Sequence record: SRR22947727_261
Direction: 5' to 3' (one strand)
DNA length: 64,000 nt
In this document: one piece after another, positions 49,279-59,313 of the stretch
How the letters are laid out: every line of letters begins with the position of its first letter
How positions within the stretch are numbered: position 1 is the stretch's first letter
The notes under the pieces: generated by a model
What the model was told of the DNA's origin: nothing
Seen by the model: the letters and a program-made list of their open reading frames with translations, nothing else
Databases searched by the model: none
Translations under genes and position numbers: made by a program

Positions 49279-51708
49279 ATGTCTATTAAAAAAATATTTT
49301 TAACCTCAACTTTTTTTGTTTTCGCAATCTTTTATGTTGAAGATGTGATTTCACAAGAAAGTTCGAACTCTCGACTTGAAGAAGTTGTTGTAACAGCACA
49401 GAAAAAAGAAGAAGGCCTTTCAGAAGTCCCTATTTCAATTCAAGTTTTATCTGATGAGATGATCGAATCTAGAGGTGTAACATCAATGAAACATCTTGCA
49501 GAATACATACCTGGATTACATATATCTAAAGGTGCGGGTGAATGGAATGTATATATGAGAGGAATAGGATCAGGAACAAATAAAGGCTTTTCTCAATCAA
49601 TTACAACTTTTATAGATGGCATGCCAATTACTCAAGGTTCTCAATACTCTTCTCCCCTTATGGATGTTGAGAGAGTTGAGGTTTTGAGAGGAACTCAAGG
49701 TGTTCTATTTGGTAAAAATACTATTGGTGGTGTTATTAATATGGTTAGTAAGTCTCCAACAATTGGCGGTGAAACTGATGGAAACTGGGGTGTTGAATAT
49801 GTCCCTGAATGGAATACAAAAAAATATAACGGAGCTATGAATATTCCTATAAGTGATTCATTTGCAATGAGAATAGCTGTACAAAAAGAAATGTCAGATG
49901 GATGGGTTACAAATGCTTATCAAGATACTGGCAGTAGTCCAGAAAATGAATCTGAGGCAATAAGAGCTACTATGTTGTGGGAATTGGATAATATGGAAGT
50001 AAATTTAAAATTATCTTCTCTAAGCTCAGAAAAAAAAGGCTCAGAAGCTGGTATATATAAATACGAACTCTCAGCACCATTTGGAGCATTAGCAACAGCT
50101 ACACCTCCATATACAGGCACTGTAATTAATTGGAGAATAACCAATGCTTTCTTCTCAGATCAAATTGTAGGAGTTCCTGGCGTAACTTATACAGATAATA
50201 CAACCTATCAAAATCCTACAGGAGGAACTGTTGATTCAGATAACGCAATTTTAAAGCTTTCCTCATCATGGAACGACCATGATGTTGTATCTACAACATC
50301 CTATTCTGTATATGATTATAAGTGGGGTCTTGATGCAGATTTTGGACCGCTTGCTCTAATTGCTGTTGATAATGATGTTGATTTTAAATCTGTAACTCAA
50401 GAAGTAACTATATCTTCACCAGCAGATGATAAGTTTGAATATATTTTTGGTTTTTACTACGATGATATTCATTACGATGGAATCAATGATGGCATGTTTA
50501 ATATGTCTGTTGGTGGCCTTTTTGGACAAGTATTCCCTCTTCCAAATATTTTTGCCCTTCAAACACAGGGAGCCTTTTCTGCAGATTTTGCTGCTACTCA
50601 TACATCTAATGATCAAAACTCTACTACCAAATCAATATTTGCTGAAGGTACTTACTATGTTAATGATAAGTTAACAATTAAAGCTGGTCTTCGTTTATCT
50701 GATGATGAAAAAGATGTTAAAAGTATTCAAGGTATGAGCTCTTCTGCAACTCCTGGAGGGCTGGGACGAGAAAACTTTACTATAGCACCTCCAGTGCTTG
50801 GTGTTTTTAATGCTTTGGTAAGCAGAAAGCCACATAACTTCCCAGTTCAATCTAGATCAGAAAGTCATACAACTCCTTCTTTAAAAGTACTATACGATTA
50901 TTCTGATACTACTCGCCTTTATTTAAGTTATGCAGAAGGTTACAAAATGGGTGGTTTTGATGGTTCTGAAAATGCTCCTCAAATAAACTCCACAACACCT
51001 GGTGATGCATTTCAATTTGATGCTGAAAAAGCTGAAACATTGGAAATTGGTGCAAAAATGGATTTTCCTGATAGAAGTTTAAGAGCTAGTATTTCCTACT
51101 TCTCTACAGATTATACAGATATGCAAGTATCTATTTTTAATGGATCATCTTTCCAGGTTTCCAATGCTGGTGAATCAGAAATAGATGGAGTAGAAGCTGA
51201 ATTTACTTGGGCTCCAACTGATAATATTGTAATAGGGGGTTCTGCTACAACTCTAGATTTTGCTTATGGAGCATATGTTGGTGGATGTACCGCTGATCAA
51301 GAAGTTGCTTATAGACTAGCAAATTTAACTAAAATTGGTTGTGTTCAGAATCAAGCAGGTCAAACTGGTAATAATGCACCAGAACTAGCTGCTTCAATGT
51401 ATGCAAATTATTACAATAATCTAAGTGCAGATTGGGATATGGTGCTTTCAGTTAATGCAAACTATCAAGATGAGGTATATACAAATACTGACAACGATCC
51501 AGATGCCTTTCAAGAAGCTTATACAAAAATCAACCTTAGCGCCTCTTTTGAACATTCTAATGGTTTAAATGTATCTGTATTTGCTAGGAATGTTACAGAT
51601 GAAGTAACTGCTACTCAGCTTTTAGATTTGCCACTAGTACCAGGATCACATTTTGCATTATGGGCTCCAGGTAAAGAAGTTGGTATCTCTGTTAGAAAGA
51701 CTTTTTAA
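49279..51708 (+). CDS. TonB-dependent receptor
   Basis: Signal peptide, TonB box EEVVVTAQK, plug motif VERVEVLRGTQGVLFGKN, terminal Phe. Confidence 0.95.
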   Translation: MSIKKIFLTSTFFVFAIFYVEDVISQESSNSRLEEVVVTAQKKEEGLSEVPISIQVLSDEMIESRGVTSMKHLAEYIPGLHISKGAGEWNVYMRGIGSGTNKGFSQSITTFIDGMPITQGSQYSSPLMDVERVEVLRGTQGVLFGKNTIGGVINMVSKSPTIGGETDGNWGVEYVPEWNTKKYNGAMNIPISDSFAMRIAVQKEMSDGWVTNAYQDTGSSPENESEAIRATMLWELDNMEVNLKLSSLSSEKKGSEAGIYKYELSAPFGALATATPPYTGTVINWRITNAFFSDQIVGVPGVTYTDNTTYQNPTGGTVDSDNAILKLSSSWNDHDVVSTTSYSVYDYKWGLDADFGPLALIAVDNDVDFKSVTQEVTISSPADDKFEYIFGFYYDDIHYDGINDGMFNMSVGGLFGQVFPLPNIFALQTQGAFSADFAATHTSNDQNSTTKSIFAEGTYYVNDKLTIKAGLRLSDDEKDVKSIQGMSSSATPGGLGRENFTIAPPVLGVFNALVSRKPHNFPVQSRSESHTTPSLKVLYDYSDTTRLYLSYAEGYKMGGFDGSENAPQINSTTPGDAFQFDAEKAETLEIGAKMDFPDRSLRASISYFSTDYTDMQVSIFNGSSFQVSNAGESEIDGVEAEFTWAPTDNIVIGGSATTLDFAYGAYVGGCTADQEVAYRLANLTKIGCVQNQAGQTGNNAPELAASMYANYYNNLSADWDMVLSVNANYQDEVYTNTDNDPDAFQEAYTKINLSASFEHSNGLNVSVFARNVTDEVTATQLLDLPLVPGSHFALWAPGKEVGISVRKTF

Positions 51709-51749
51709 TCTTGTACGTCAATAGTTAAGAAATTAATTATTGGTCCCCT

Positions 51750-51784
51750 TAATCATGGTGAGACATTGAGTTTCGCCATGATTA
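51750..51784 (+). other. intergenic RNA stem-loop (mRNA stabiliser or leaky terminator)
   Basis: TAATCATGGTGAGAC-ATTGA-GTTTCGCCATGATTA: 15-bp stem with two G-U pairs that form only in the + strand RNA. Confidence 0.65.
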
Positions 51785-51816
51785 GCTTTAGATATAATAA
51801 TTTTTTAGGAGAAATA

Positions 51817-52728
51817 ATGGGATTTAAGCTAGCAAATATTAATGGTAAATCATCACTTGTTCATGGTGATTCCTATTACGATATTAGTACAATTTCTGAG
51901 GCTAAGATATCATCAGATCCTTCAAGTATATTAAACTCTTTAAGTGATTTGCATGAGTTATCTAGAAAAATTGATAACTTTGAACCAACAGGATTTATAG
52001 AAAATTCGGTGTTAAAAGCACCAATTACAAACTCTAAAAATTGTTTTGCTGTAGGTCTTAATTATAAAGCGCATGCTGAGGAAAGCGGTATGGAAATTCC
52101 TCCATTTCCAATGGTTTTTACTAAACATACTAGTTGTATTGTCGGACCTTTTGATGATATTGAAATGAAAAGTGATATTGTTGATTATGAAGCAGAGCTT
52201 GTTGTTGTTATAGGTAAAGAAGGTAAAAATATATCAAAAGAAAATGCATGGGATCATATAGCTGGATTAACTGTAGGACAAGATATATCTGATAGAGCTG
52301 TTCAATTTCACTCTACCCCACCTCAATTTAATCTTGGTAAATCATTTGATACATTTGGGCCAATAGGTCCTTTCTTAGTATCACCAGATTTAGTCGCTAA
52401 TAAAAATGCAGTTCACCTGGAATGCTATATAAATGATGAATTAAGGCAGGAATCAAGTACCGACGATTTAATATTTACAGTTCCAGATATTATTTCTTAT
52501 ATATCAGAATTCTTAACATTAAATACTGGAGATCTTATATTTACAGGAACACCATCAGGTGTTGGTGCTACTCAGGGTAAATTACTTAAACATGGTGATA
52601 TAGTCACAACATCAATTAAAGAGATTGGGACTATTAAAAATAAGTGTGTCAGAATTAAAGATCATTCAAATATAAGCTTTATGCCAGAATTTTTAAAAGG
52701 AAAAATTCCACCCAATGACGATTCCTAA
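51817..52728 (+). CDS. fumarylacetoacetate-hydrolase-family protein (start moved to ATG 51817)
   Basis: SD AGGAG, VGLNYKAH, DYEAEL, QDISDR, GKSFDTFGPIGP, GDLIFTGTPSGVG. Confidence 0.92.
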   Translation: MGFKLANINGKSSLVHGDSYYDISTISEAKISSDPSSILNSLSDLHELSRKIDNFEPTGFIENSVLKAPITNSKNCFAVGLNYKAHAEESGMEIPPFPMVFTKHTSCIVGPFDDIEMKSDIVDYEAELVVVIGKEGKNISKENAWDHIAGLTVGQDISDRAVQFHSTPPQFNLGKSFDTFGPIGPFLVSPDLVANKNAVHLECYINDELRQESSTDDLIFTVPDIISYISEFLTLNTGDLIFTGTPSGVGATQGKLLKHGDIVTTSIKEIGTIKNKCVRIKDHSNISFMPEFLKGKIPPNDDS

Positions 52729-52805
52729 GTGATTAAAATCAAATTGTTTAATATTGACATGAATAAGTTTACTATTTTTAGATATTGATAATATAAAACC
52801 TTAGT

Positions 52806-53261
52806 TTACTTTGATTTATGAGCTGGGGTGAGATTAGATAATTCAATACCTGCAATTGCACAAATTTCATCTTGATCAGAAACATCGCCTGTAACACCAA
52901 CGGCGCCTATATTCTTACCATCTTTTTGTATCAACATTCCACCAGGTGTTGGAACAAGCTTGCCGCCTGCCATTGTTTGCATTCCAGTGACTGCTGGTGC
53001 TAGTCTTGGCTGACCTTCAAATGTGTCTCGTAATGTATTAGATGAGACGTTAAAAGCTAAACATGTCCATCCTTTTGCATACGCAATATCAGATCTTATT
53101 AGCCCCGAGCCTTCTTCTGACAATGATGCTCTTACAACTCCTGCAACATCAATAACAGTTACAGTTAACGGCATTAAATTTAACTCTCGACCTTTTTTTA
53201 ATGCTTCTTTGCAAATATTTAATGCTTCATCTAAGTTAATCTCACCTGGATTAATTATCAT
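52806..53261 (-). CDS. GlcG/HbpS (DUF336) heme-binding-family protein
   Basis: VTVIDVAG, IAYAKGWT, PGG..I, IGAVGVTG, DEICAIAG. Confidence 0.88.
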   Translation of the reverse strand: MIINPGEINLDEALNICKEALKKGRELNLMPLTVTVIDVAGVVRASLSEEGSGLIRSDIAYAKGWTCLAFNVSSNTLRDTFEGQPRLAPAVTGMQTMAGGKLVPTPGGMLIQKDGKNIGAVGVTGDVSDQDEICAIAGIELSNLTPAHKSK

Positions 53262-53346
53262 AATTATGTCCTATGTCTAATTTATATTAATAATTATATA
53301 GCTATATGAATGCCCTATTAGTAAAAATATAGTTTAAAATGTGTAC

Positions 53347-53565
53347 ATGTCAAAAGAAGATGCATTAGAGTTTGAGGGTGAAGTTATTGAAACTTTACCT
53401 AATACCAAATTTAAAGTAAAACTAGAAAACGATCACGTTATTACTGCACACATTTCAGGAAAAATGCGCAAGCATTACATTCGTATATTAACTGGTGATA
53501 AAGTTAAAGTAGAAATGACTCCTTACGATTTAACTGTAGGAAGAATCACTTTCAGAGGCAGATAA
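53347..53565 (+). CDS. infA: translation initiation factor IF-1
   Basis: [20 protein letters not shown]...[31 protein letters not shown]. Confidence 0.98.
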   Translation: MSKEDALEFEGEVIETLPNTKFKVKLENDHVITAHISGKMRKHYIRILTGDKVKVEMTPYDLTVGRITFRGR

Positions 53566-53571
53566 ACCTCT

Positions 53572-54525
53572 TCAACTAGAGATTTTTTCGTCTCTAAAAT
53601 GTAAAAAGAAAAAGTAAGTAGCAAGAGCTGATAGTAAATGCCATATCGAATGTGCTTGAATTATTGAATCTGGTTTACATAAGTTGTGATCTGGAACTCC
53701 AGTAAGCCAAATTGCAAAAGCAGAAAAATATGCAATCATTCCAAGAAAATACCATTTGTAAGTTCTTCTATTAACAGGTTTTTTTGAAGCTAACAAGCCA
53801 GGTAACCAAAATAAGATAACCCACCAATATTCAGAAAAATTATTAAAAACTTCATTTGGTAAAGTTCCAAATAACAATAAAACAATAAACCCAACAAAGC
53901 CTGATAAAAATCTAAATGATGGAGACCAAAATCTATAAAGTGTTTCTGAAATAGCCCACAAGCCTATAGACACTCCAAAAAGATTAAAATTAATTCCTAA
54001 GCCCCAGTCTGTAAACCATCTCCAAATCGAATATATTATTACTATAGATATATAGATTGATAATAATTGTTTAGATGTCCAGCTAGACATACTGTAAATG
54101 TTATAGAGCCATGGAAGTATTATGAACATAATCATACTTAAATTATCAGCCCAACCACCCCATTCAGTATTTGTACCATGCATAAGCATGGAGCCTGGAC
54201 CAAGATAAACTACAACAGATGCATACAGCACAGAAATCGGTGTAATTCCTATAAACGGATTGATAGAGTCCTGTTTGTCATTACAGATCACCCAAAACAT
54301 ATAGAGCCCGGCTACCATAAATCCTAGATTGCTAAGAGTATTAAGTGGTTCTCTAAAAAGACCTCCGGATACCCTCTCACACCACCTAGAAGCTTCTCCA
54401 ATGAGATTAGCAGCCTCAGTAGACTGAATAAGACCAAAAGCACTTAATAAGAAGAAAATTAATAAAAAAGATACAGATACAAATAAGGCTAGATAAAAAA
54501 CATAAAACTTATTAGTTGAGATCAA
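53572..54525 (-). CDS. ceramidase-like (CREST superfamily) membrane hydrolase
   Basis: WCER, EPLNTLSN, GSMLMH, WAD, HSIWH; multiple TM helices. Confidence 0.78.
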   Translation of the reverse strand: MISTNKFYVFYLALFVSVSFLLIFFLLSAFGLIQSTEAANLIGEASRWCERVSGGLFREPLNTLSNLGFMVAGLYMFWVICNDKQDSINPFIGITPISVLYASVVVYLGPGSMLMHGTNTEWGGWADNLSMIMFIILPWLYNIYSMSSWTSKQLLSIYISIVIIYSIWRWFTDWGLGINFNLFGVSIGLWAISETLYRFWSPSFRFLSGFVGFIVLLLFGTLPNEVFNNFSEYWWVILFWLPGLLASKKPVNRRTYKWYFLGMIAYFSAFAIWLTGVPDHNLCKPDSIIQAHSIWHLLSALATYFFFLHFRDEKISS

Positions 54526-55783
54526 TTACTTTACCTTCTTTCATTATAAATACTACATTCTCCATGGTATTTATATCATCTATTGGATTGCCATCAATAG
54601 CAATAATATCTGCCATTTTACCAACCTCAATAGAGCCTAAAATAGAATCAATTTTTAGGAGTCTTGCTGTGTTTATGGTAGCTGATTGAATTGTTTCTAT
54701 TGGAGACATACCAAACTTAACCATATATACGAACTCTTTCCAGTTAGTACCATGAGGCTGAACACCAGCATCGGTACCAAATGCAATTTTTACACCTTTT
54801 TTGAATGCCTTGTTGAAAGTCTTTCCAATTTGAGGGCCAACATTAGCTGCTTTTGGTCTGACAATTTCTGGAAAATAATTGTCAATTTTAGCTTTTTCTG
54901 CAACAAACTCACCTGCAGATATAGTTGGTACATAGTAAGTGCCATTACTAATCATTAAATCCATAACTTCTTCAGTCATAAATGTTCCATGCTCAACTGA
55001 ATCAACACCAGCAATAACCGCTCTTTTCATCCCTTCTGATCCATGAGCATGCACAGCAACCCACATGCCATAGTCTTTTGCTGCATTTACAACAGCAATG
55101 ACTTCCTCTTCTGTGAATTGAGGGTTATCTCCAGACTTAGCAACACTTAAAACTCCTCCTGTAACAGTAAGTTTTATTCCATCAGCTCCATCTTTATAAC
55201 GTTGCCTTACAGCAGTATATGCGTCATAAGGACCATTTATCACTCCATCTTCGGCTAAAGGGTAATCATAAGAGTCAGAATTTTTTCCATTTGTGGGATC
55301 AGCATGACCTCCTGTAGTAGCAATACTTTTTCCCGATGTATAAATTCGGGGACCTTGAATCTGAGAACTATTAATTAAATCTCTTAGAGAAATTGCTATT
55401 AAACCAGTATCGCCAACTTGTCGAACAGTAGTAAAACCAGCCTTTAGAGTTTTAAGAGCATGTTTACTTGCTAAAATTGCACTTGTCTCGCGCTCAACTT
55501 TAACAGGTCGTTCAGATTTAGACTGATACTCTTGACCAAAATGTACATGCATATCCATTAACCCAGGCATTAATGTTTTACCTCTTAGATCAAGCAGAAC
55601 ATCATCTTTTTCAATATCTATAAAACCTTTATCTATTGATGTAATTATTTTGTTATTAACTGTAATAGAATAGTTTTTTTTGATGGTTCCAGAATTCACA
55701 TCTATAAAGCCACTTGTATAGATAACTGTTTCCGAAAATAAAGATAATGATATTGAAAAGAGGATTGTATATATAAATTTCAT
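54512..55783 (-). CDS. secreted metal-dependent amidohydrolase (Xaa-Pro dipeptidase-like)
   Basis: PGLMDMHVH, TGGHAD, IKLTVTGGV, AVHAHG, EHG, FGTDAG; signal peptide. Confidence 0.88.
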   Translation of the reverse strand: MKFIYTILFSISLSLFSETVIYTSGFIDVNSGTIKKNYSITVNNKIITSIDKGFIDIEKDDVLLDLRGKTLMPGLMDMHVHFGQEYQSKSERPVKVERETSAILASKHALKTLKAGFTTVRQVGDTGLIAISLRDLINSSQIQGPRIYTSGKSIATTGGHADPTNGKNSDSYDYPLAEDGVINGPYDAYTAVRQRYKDGADGIKLTVTGGVLSVAKSGDNPQFTEEEVIAVVNAAKDYGMWVAVHAHGSEGMKRAVIAGVDSVEHGTFMTEEVMDLMISNGTYYVPTISAGEFVAEKAKIDNYFPEIVRPKAANVGPQIGKTFNKAFKKGVKIAFGTDAGVQPHGTNWKEFVYMVKFGMSPIETIQSATINTARLLKIDSILGSIEVGKMADIIAIDGNPIDDINTMENVVFIMKEGKVIDLN

Positions 55784-55807
55784 ATATTTTATTCTACATG
55801 TCTATAT

Positions 55808-55836
55808 AAAAAAAAATAGGGCTATAAAGCCCTATT
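55808..55836 (-). terminator. Rho-independent terminator of etfBA
   Basis: A9 run followed by TAGGGCT-ataa-AGCCCTA (U-tail on minus strand). Confidence 0.8.
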
Positions 55837-55882
55837 AATTAAAATATAAAAATATTTAACTCGATTGCTTGATTTATAAAGT

Positions 55883-56812
55883 CTAAAGTTTAGCTTCTAA
55901 CTCAGGTAAAGCATCAAATAAGTCGCTGACGAGACCATAATCAGCCACCTGAAAAATAGGTGCATCTTCATCTTTATTTATAGCTACAATAACTTTTGAG
56001 TCTTTCATACCAGCTAAATGTTGGATAGCGCCTGAAATACCTACTGCTATGTAAAGATCAGGAGCAACAATCTTACCAGTTTGACCTACTTGGTAGTCAT
56101 TGGGAACAAAGCCTGCATCTACAGCAGCTCTTGAAGCGCCTACTGCTGCACCTAGCTTATCAGCGATTGAATCAAGTAGATGGAAATTATCTCCTGATTG
56201 CATCCCTCTTCCACCGGAAATAACAATATTAGCAGCAGTTAATTCAGGTCTATCACTTTTAGCTATCTCTTCAGAAACGAATTCACTAATATTGGATGCA
56301 TCAACAGCATCGATTGATTCAACAGGTATATCATTATTATCAAGAGATACTGGATCAAAAGCAGTAGCTCTAACTGTAATTAATTTAACAGAATCGTTAG
56401 ACTTTACTGTGGCTATACAACTTCCAGCATAAATAGGTCTTTTAAATGTGTCTTCTGATTCAATTGAAATAATATCTGAAATCTGTTGAATATCTAGTTT
56501 GGCAGAAATTCTTGGCATTAAATTCTTACCAAATGTTGTTGCCGGCGCTAATATATAAGAATACGAATCCGCAATACTTAGAACTAGTTTCGCAAAATCT
56601 TCAGCTAGAAAGTTTTTATATAATTCATGATCACAAGAAATTATTTTAGAAACTCCTGAGATTGTTTTAGCTTCATCTATAACTTTCGATATATCTAAGC
56701 CAGCAACCAATAATGTAACCTCATCATTTATGTTAGAAGCTGCTGCTATTGTGTTGAGGGTAGCTCCTTTTATTGAGGAATTATCATGTTCTGCAATTAC
56801 CAATATACTCAT
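55883..56812 (-). CDS. etfA: electron transfer flavoprotein alpha subunit
   Basis: [39 protein letters not shown]. Confidence 0.98.
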   Translation of the reverse strand: MSILVIAEHDNSSIKGATLNTIAAASNINDEVTLLVAGLDISKVIDEAKTISGVSKIISCDHELYKNFLAEDFAKLVLSIADSYSYILAPATTFGKNLMPRISAKLDIQQISDIISIESEDTFKRPIYAGSCIATVKSNDSVKLITVRATAFDPVSLDNNDIPVESIDAVDASNISEFVSEEIAKSDRPELTAANIVISGGRGMQSGDNFHLLDSIADKLGAAVGASRAAVDAGFVPNDYQVGQTGKIVAPDLYIAVGISGAIQHLAGMKDSKVIVAINKDEDAPIFQVADYGLVSDLFDALPELEAKL

Positions 56813-57561
56813 GTGATCACCTTTGCTTCATTTTTAAGTTTTTCAACTAGCTCATCAACAGACTCAACAATAATACCGGCATCTCTAGATGGCGGCAGTT
56901 CAACTGAAAGCAACTCCGTTCTTGGGTTAACATCTACACCTAGATCAGAAATACTAGTTACAGTTAAGTCTTTTTTCTTTGCTTTCATTATATTTGGTAA
57001 TGAGGCATATCTTGGCTCATTAAGCCTAAGATCAGTTGTTACAACAGCAGGTTTATTTAATTGCAATGTTTGAAGACCGCCATCAATTTCTCTTGTTACA
57101 GTAACATTTGATTCATCTAGTTTAATTTCTGAAGCGTTCGTTGCTTGTGGATAATCAAGAAGAGCTGCAAGCATTTGACCTGTTTGATTATTATCACCAT
57201 CTATGGCTTGCTTGCCTAATATTACTAGATCGGGATGCTCTTGTTCAACAACCTTTGCCAAGACTTTTGCAATAGCTAAAGGTTCAAGCAATGAATCACT
57301 TTCAATCAAAATAGCTCTATCAGCCCCTAATGCCAGGGCTGTTCTTAATTGCTCTTGTGATTCAGTTTTGCCAACTGTAATAGCAATAACTTCTTCTGCA
57401 TTACTAGCCTCTTTAATACGAACAGCTTCTTCCAAAGCAATCTCACAAAATGGATTAACAGACATTTTTGCATTATTTAAATCAACATTTGAGTTATCAG
57501 GCATTGGTCTGACTTTAACGTTGTAATCAACAACTCTTTTGATTGGAACTAATATTTTCAT
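56809..57561 (-). CDS. etfB: electron transfer flavoprotein beta subunit
   Basis: [38 protein letters not shown]. Confidence 0.98.
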   Translation of the reverse strand: MKILVPIKRVVDYNVKVRPMPDNSNVDLNNAKMSVNPFCEIALEEAVRIKEASNAEEVIAITVGKTESQEQLRTALALGADRAILIESDSLLEPLAIAKVLAKVVEQEHPDLVILGKQAIDGDNNQTGQMLAALLDYPQATNASEIKLDESNVTVTREIDGGLQTLQLNKPAVVTTDLRLNEPRYASLPNIMKAKKKDLTVTSISDLGVDVNPRTELLSVELPPSRDAGIIVESVDELVEKLKNEAKVIT

Positions 57562-57681
57562 AATTTATATATATATTTGTAGTAAATTTTGTGTCTTAGA
57601 TTATAAATGATAGTTATAATCTGTAATACTGCACAATTGTAATTCCTTTTGTGCATTTTACAACAATATTTGAGGTTAAGT

Positions 57682-59313
57682 ATGGAAAGAGAAACTATGG
57701 AATATGATGTAGTTGTTGTTGGTGGTGGCCCTTCAGGGCTATCTACAGCAATTAAATTTGCTCAGATGAATAAGGAAAATGGTACCGATTATTCTATATG
57801 CTTACTTGAGAAAGGTTCTGAAATAGGAGCCCATATCTTATCGGGTAATGTATTTCAAACAACTGCACTTGATGAATTAATTCCAAATTGGAAGGATTTA
57901 AATGCTCCATTAAATGTTCCAGTTAAAAAAGATAAACTTTTATTTCTTTTAGAAAAAATAAGCTTTCCAGTTCCTGCCTTTATTATGCCAACCATGAACA
58001 ATCATGGAAATTATGTAATAAGTCTTGGTAATTTATGTAGATGGTTGGCTGAGCAAGCTGAAAATCTTGGTGTGGAGATTTTTCCAGGCTTTCCTGCAAG
58101 TAAGTTAATTTATGAAGGGGATAATGTTGTAGGTGTTCAGACCGGAGATATGGGTATTGATGCAAATGGAGAGCTTAAGCCAGGTAATGAACCAGGAATT
58201 GAAATTAAAGCAAAATATACAATTTTAGGCGAAGGATGCAGAGGCCATTTAGGTAAAGAGGTTATTGAAAAATTTAATCTATCTAAAGATAAAGATCCTC
58301 AACATTATGGAATAGGTTTTAAAGAAGTTTGGAAACTTCAAGAGGATAAACATGAAGAAGGTCTTGTTATTCATACTAATGGATGGCCAACCTCAACAGA
58401 TACTCCTGCTGGATCATATTTCTATCATGGAGAAAATAAAGAAGCTTACATAGGCTTTGTAGTTCCTTTAGACTATAAAAATCCTCATCTAAGCCCTTTT
58501 GATGAATTTCAAAAATGGAAAACTCATCCATCAATAAAAAAATATCTTCAAGGAGCTGAAAGAACATCCTATGGAGCTCGCGCATTAATTAAAGGTGGAC
58601 TTCAATCTTTGCCAAAAATGGAATTCCCAGGTGGCCTATTGATTGGTGATAATGCAGGAACACTTAATTTTTCAAAAATAAAAGGATCTCATACAGCAAT
58701 GAAATCGGGTCTTATTGCAGGAGAACATGCTTATCAGAATCTCAATAATGAGATATCAACTGGAGTTTCTTATGATGATAAAATAAAAGATTCATGGTTG
58801 TATAAAGAATTATATAAGTCCAGAAATTTTGGCCCTATTTTTCATAAATTCGGAGCTTTAATTGGAGCTGCTTTTAATGTTATTGATCAATTTATATTTA
58901 GAGGAAATATGCCAATTACATTAAATCACCCTACTCCAGATTATGCATGTCTTAAAAAAGCTGATGAGATGCCTAACATAGATTATCCAAAACCAGATGG
59001 AGTCTACTCATTTGATAAACTGTCTTCTGTATATTTATCAAATACCAATCATGAAGAAGATCAACCGTGTCATCTTCAACTCAAAGACCCATCAATACCA
59101 ATTAATGTTAATTTACCTTTATATGATGAACCTGCTCAACGATATTGTCCTGCAGGTGTTTATGAGGTTGTTGAAAAGGATAATGAAAAAAAATTTGTAA
59201 TTAATGCACAAAATTGTGTGCATTGTAAAACTTGTGATATTAAGGATCCATCTCAAAATATCAATTGGGTAAGCCCTGAAGGGCCAGGCGGACCCAATTA
59301 TCCAAATATGTAA
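57682..59313 (+). CDS. ETF-ubiquinone oxidoreductase (start moved to ATG 57682)
   Basis: SD GAGG, GGGPSG, EGCRG, KIKGSH, RYCPAGVYE, NCVHCKTCDIKDP. Confidence 0.96.
   Translation: MERETMEYDVVVVGGGPSGLSTAIKFAQMNKENGTDYSICLLEKGSEIGAHILSGNVFQTTALDELIPNWKDLNAPLNVPVKKDKLLFLLEKISFPVPAFIMPTMNNHGNYVISLGNLCRWLAEQAENLGVEIFPGFPASKLIYEGDNVVGVQTGDMGIDANGELKPGNEPGIEIKAKYTILGEGCRGHLGKEVIEKFNLSKDKDPQHYGIGFKEVWKLQEDKHEEGLVIHTNGWPTSTDTPAGSYFYHGENKEAYIGFVVPLDYKNPHLSPFDEFQKWKTHPSIKKYLQGAERTSYGARALIKGGLQSLPKMEFPGGLLIGDNAGTLNFSKIKGSHTAMKSGLIAGEHAYQNLNNEISTGVSYDDKIKDSWLYKELYKSRNFGPIFHKFGALIGAAFNVIDQFIFRGNMPITLNHPTPDYACLKKADEMPNIDYPKPDGVYSFDKLSSVYLSNTNHEEDQPCHLQLKDPSIPINVNLPLYDEPAQRYCPAGVYEVVEKDNEKKFVINAQNCVHCKTCDIKDPSQNINWVSPEGPGGPNYPNM

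Noticed and set aside
38746-53261. Annotating the cluster as an autonomous mobile element
   Set aside because: No integrase, transposase, tRNA target or flanking direct repeat was seen
20097-57681. Upstream start extensions in the ORF track for nqrD (20097), 34101, FAH (51766), infA (53341) and ETF-QO (57649)
   Set aside because: Downstream ATGs fit SD position and/or family N-termini better
3495-59200. Many 60-115 aa ORFs nested in or antisense to long genes (e.g. 3495..3722, 13531..13836, 27722..28066, 56100..56432)
   Set aside because: They overlap well-supported conserved genes and have typical shadow-frame composition
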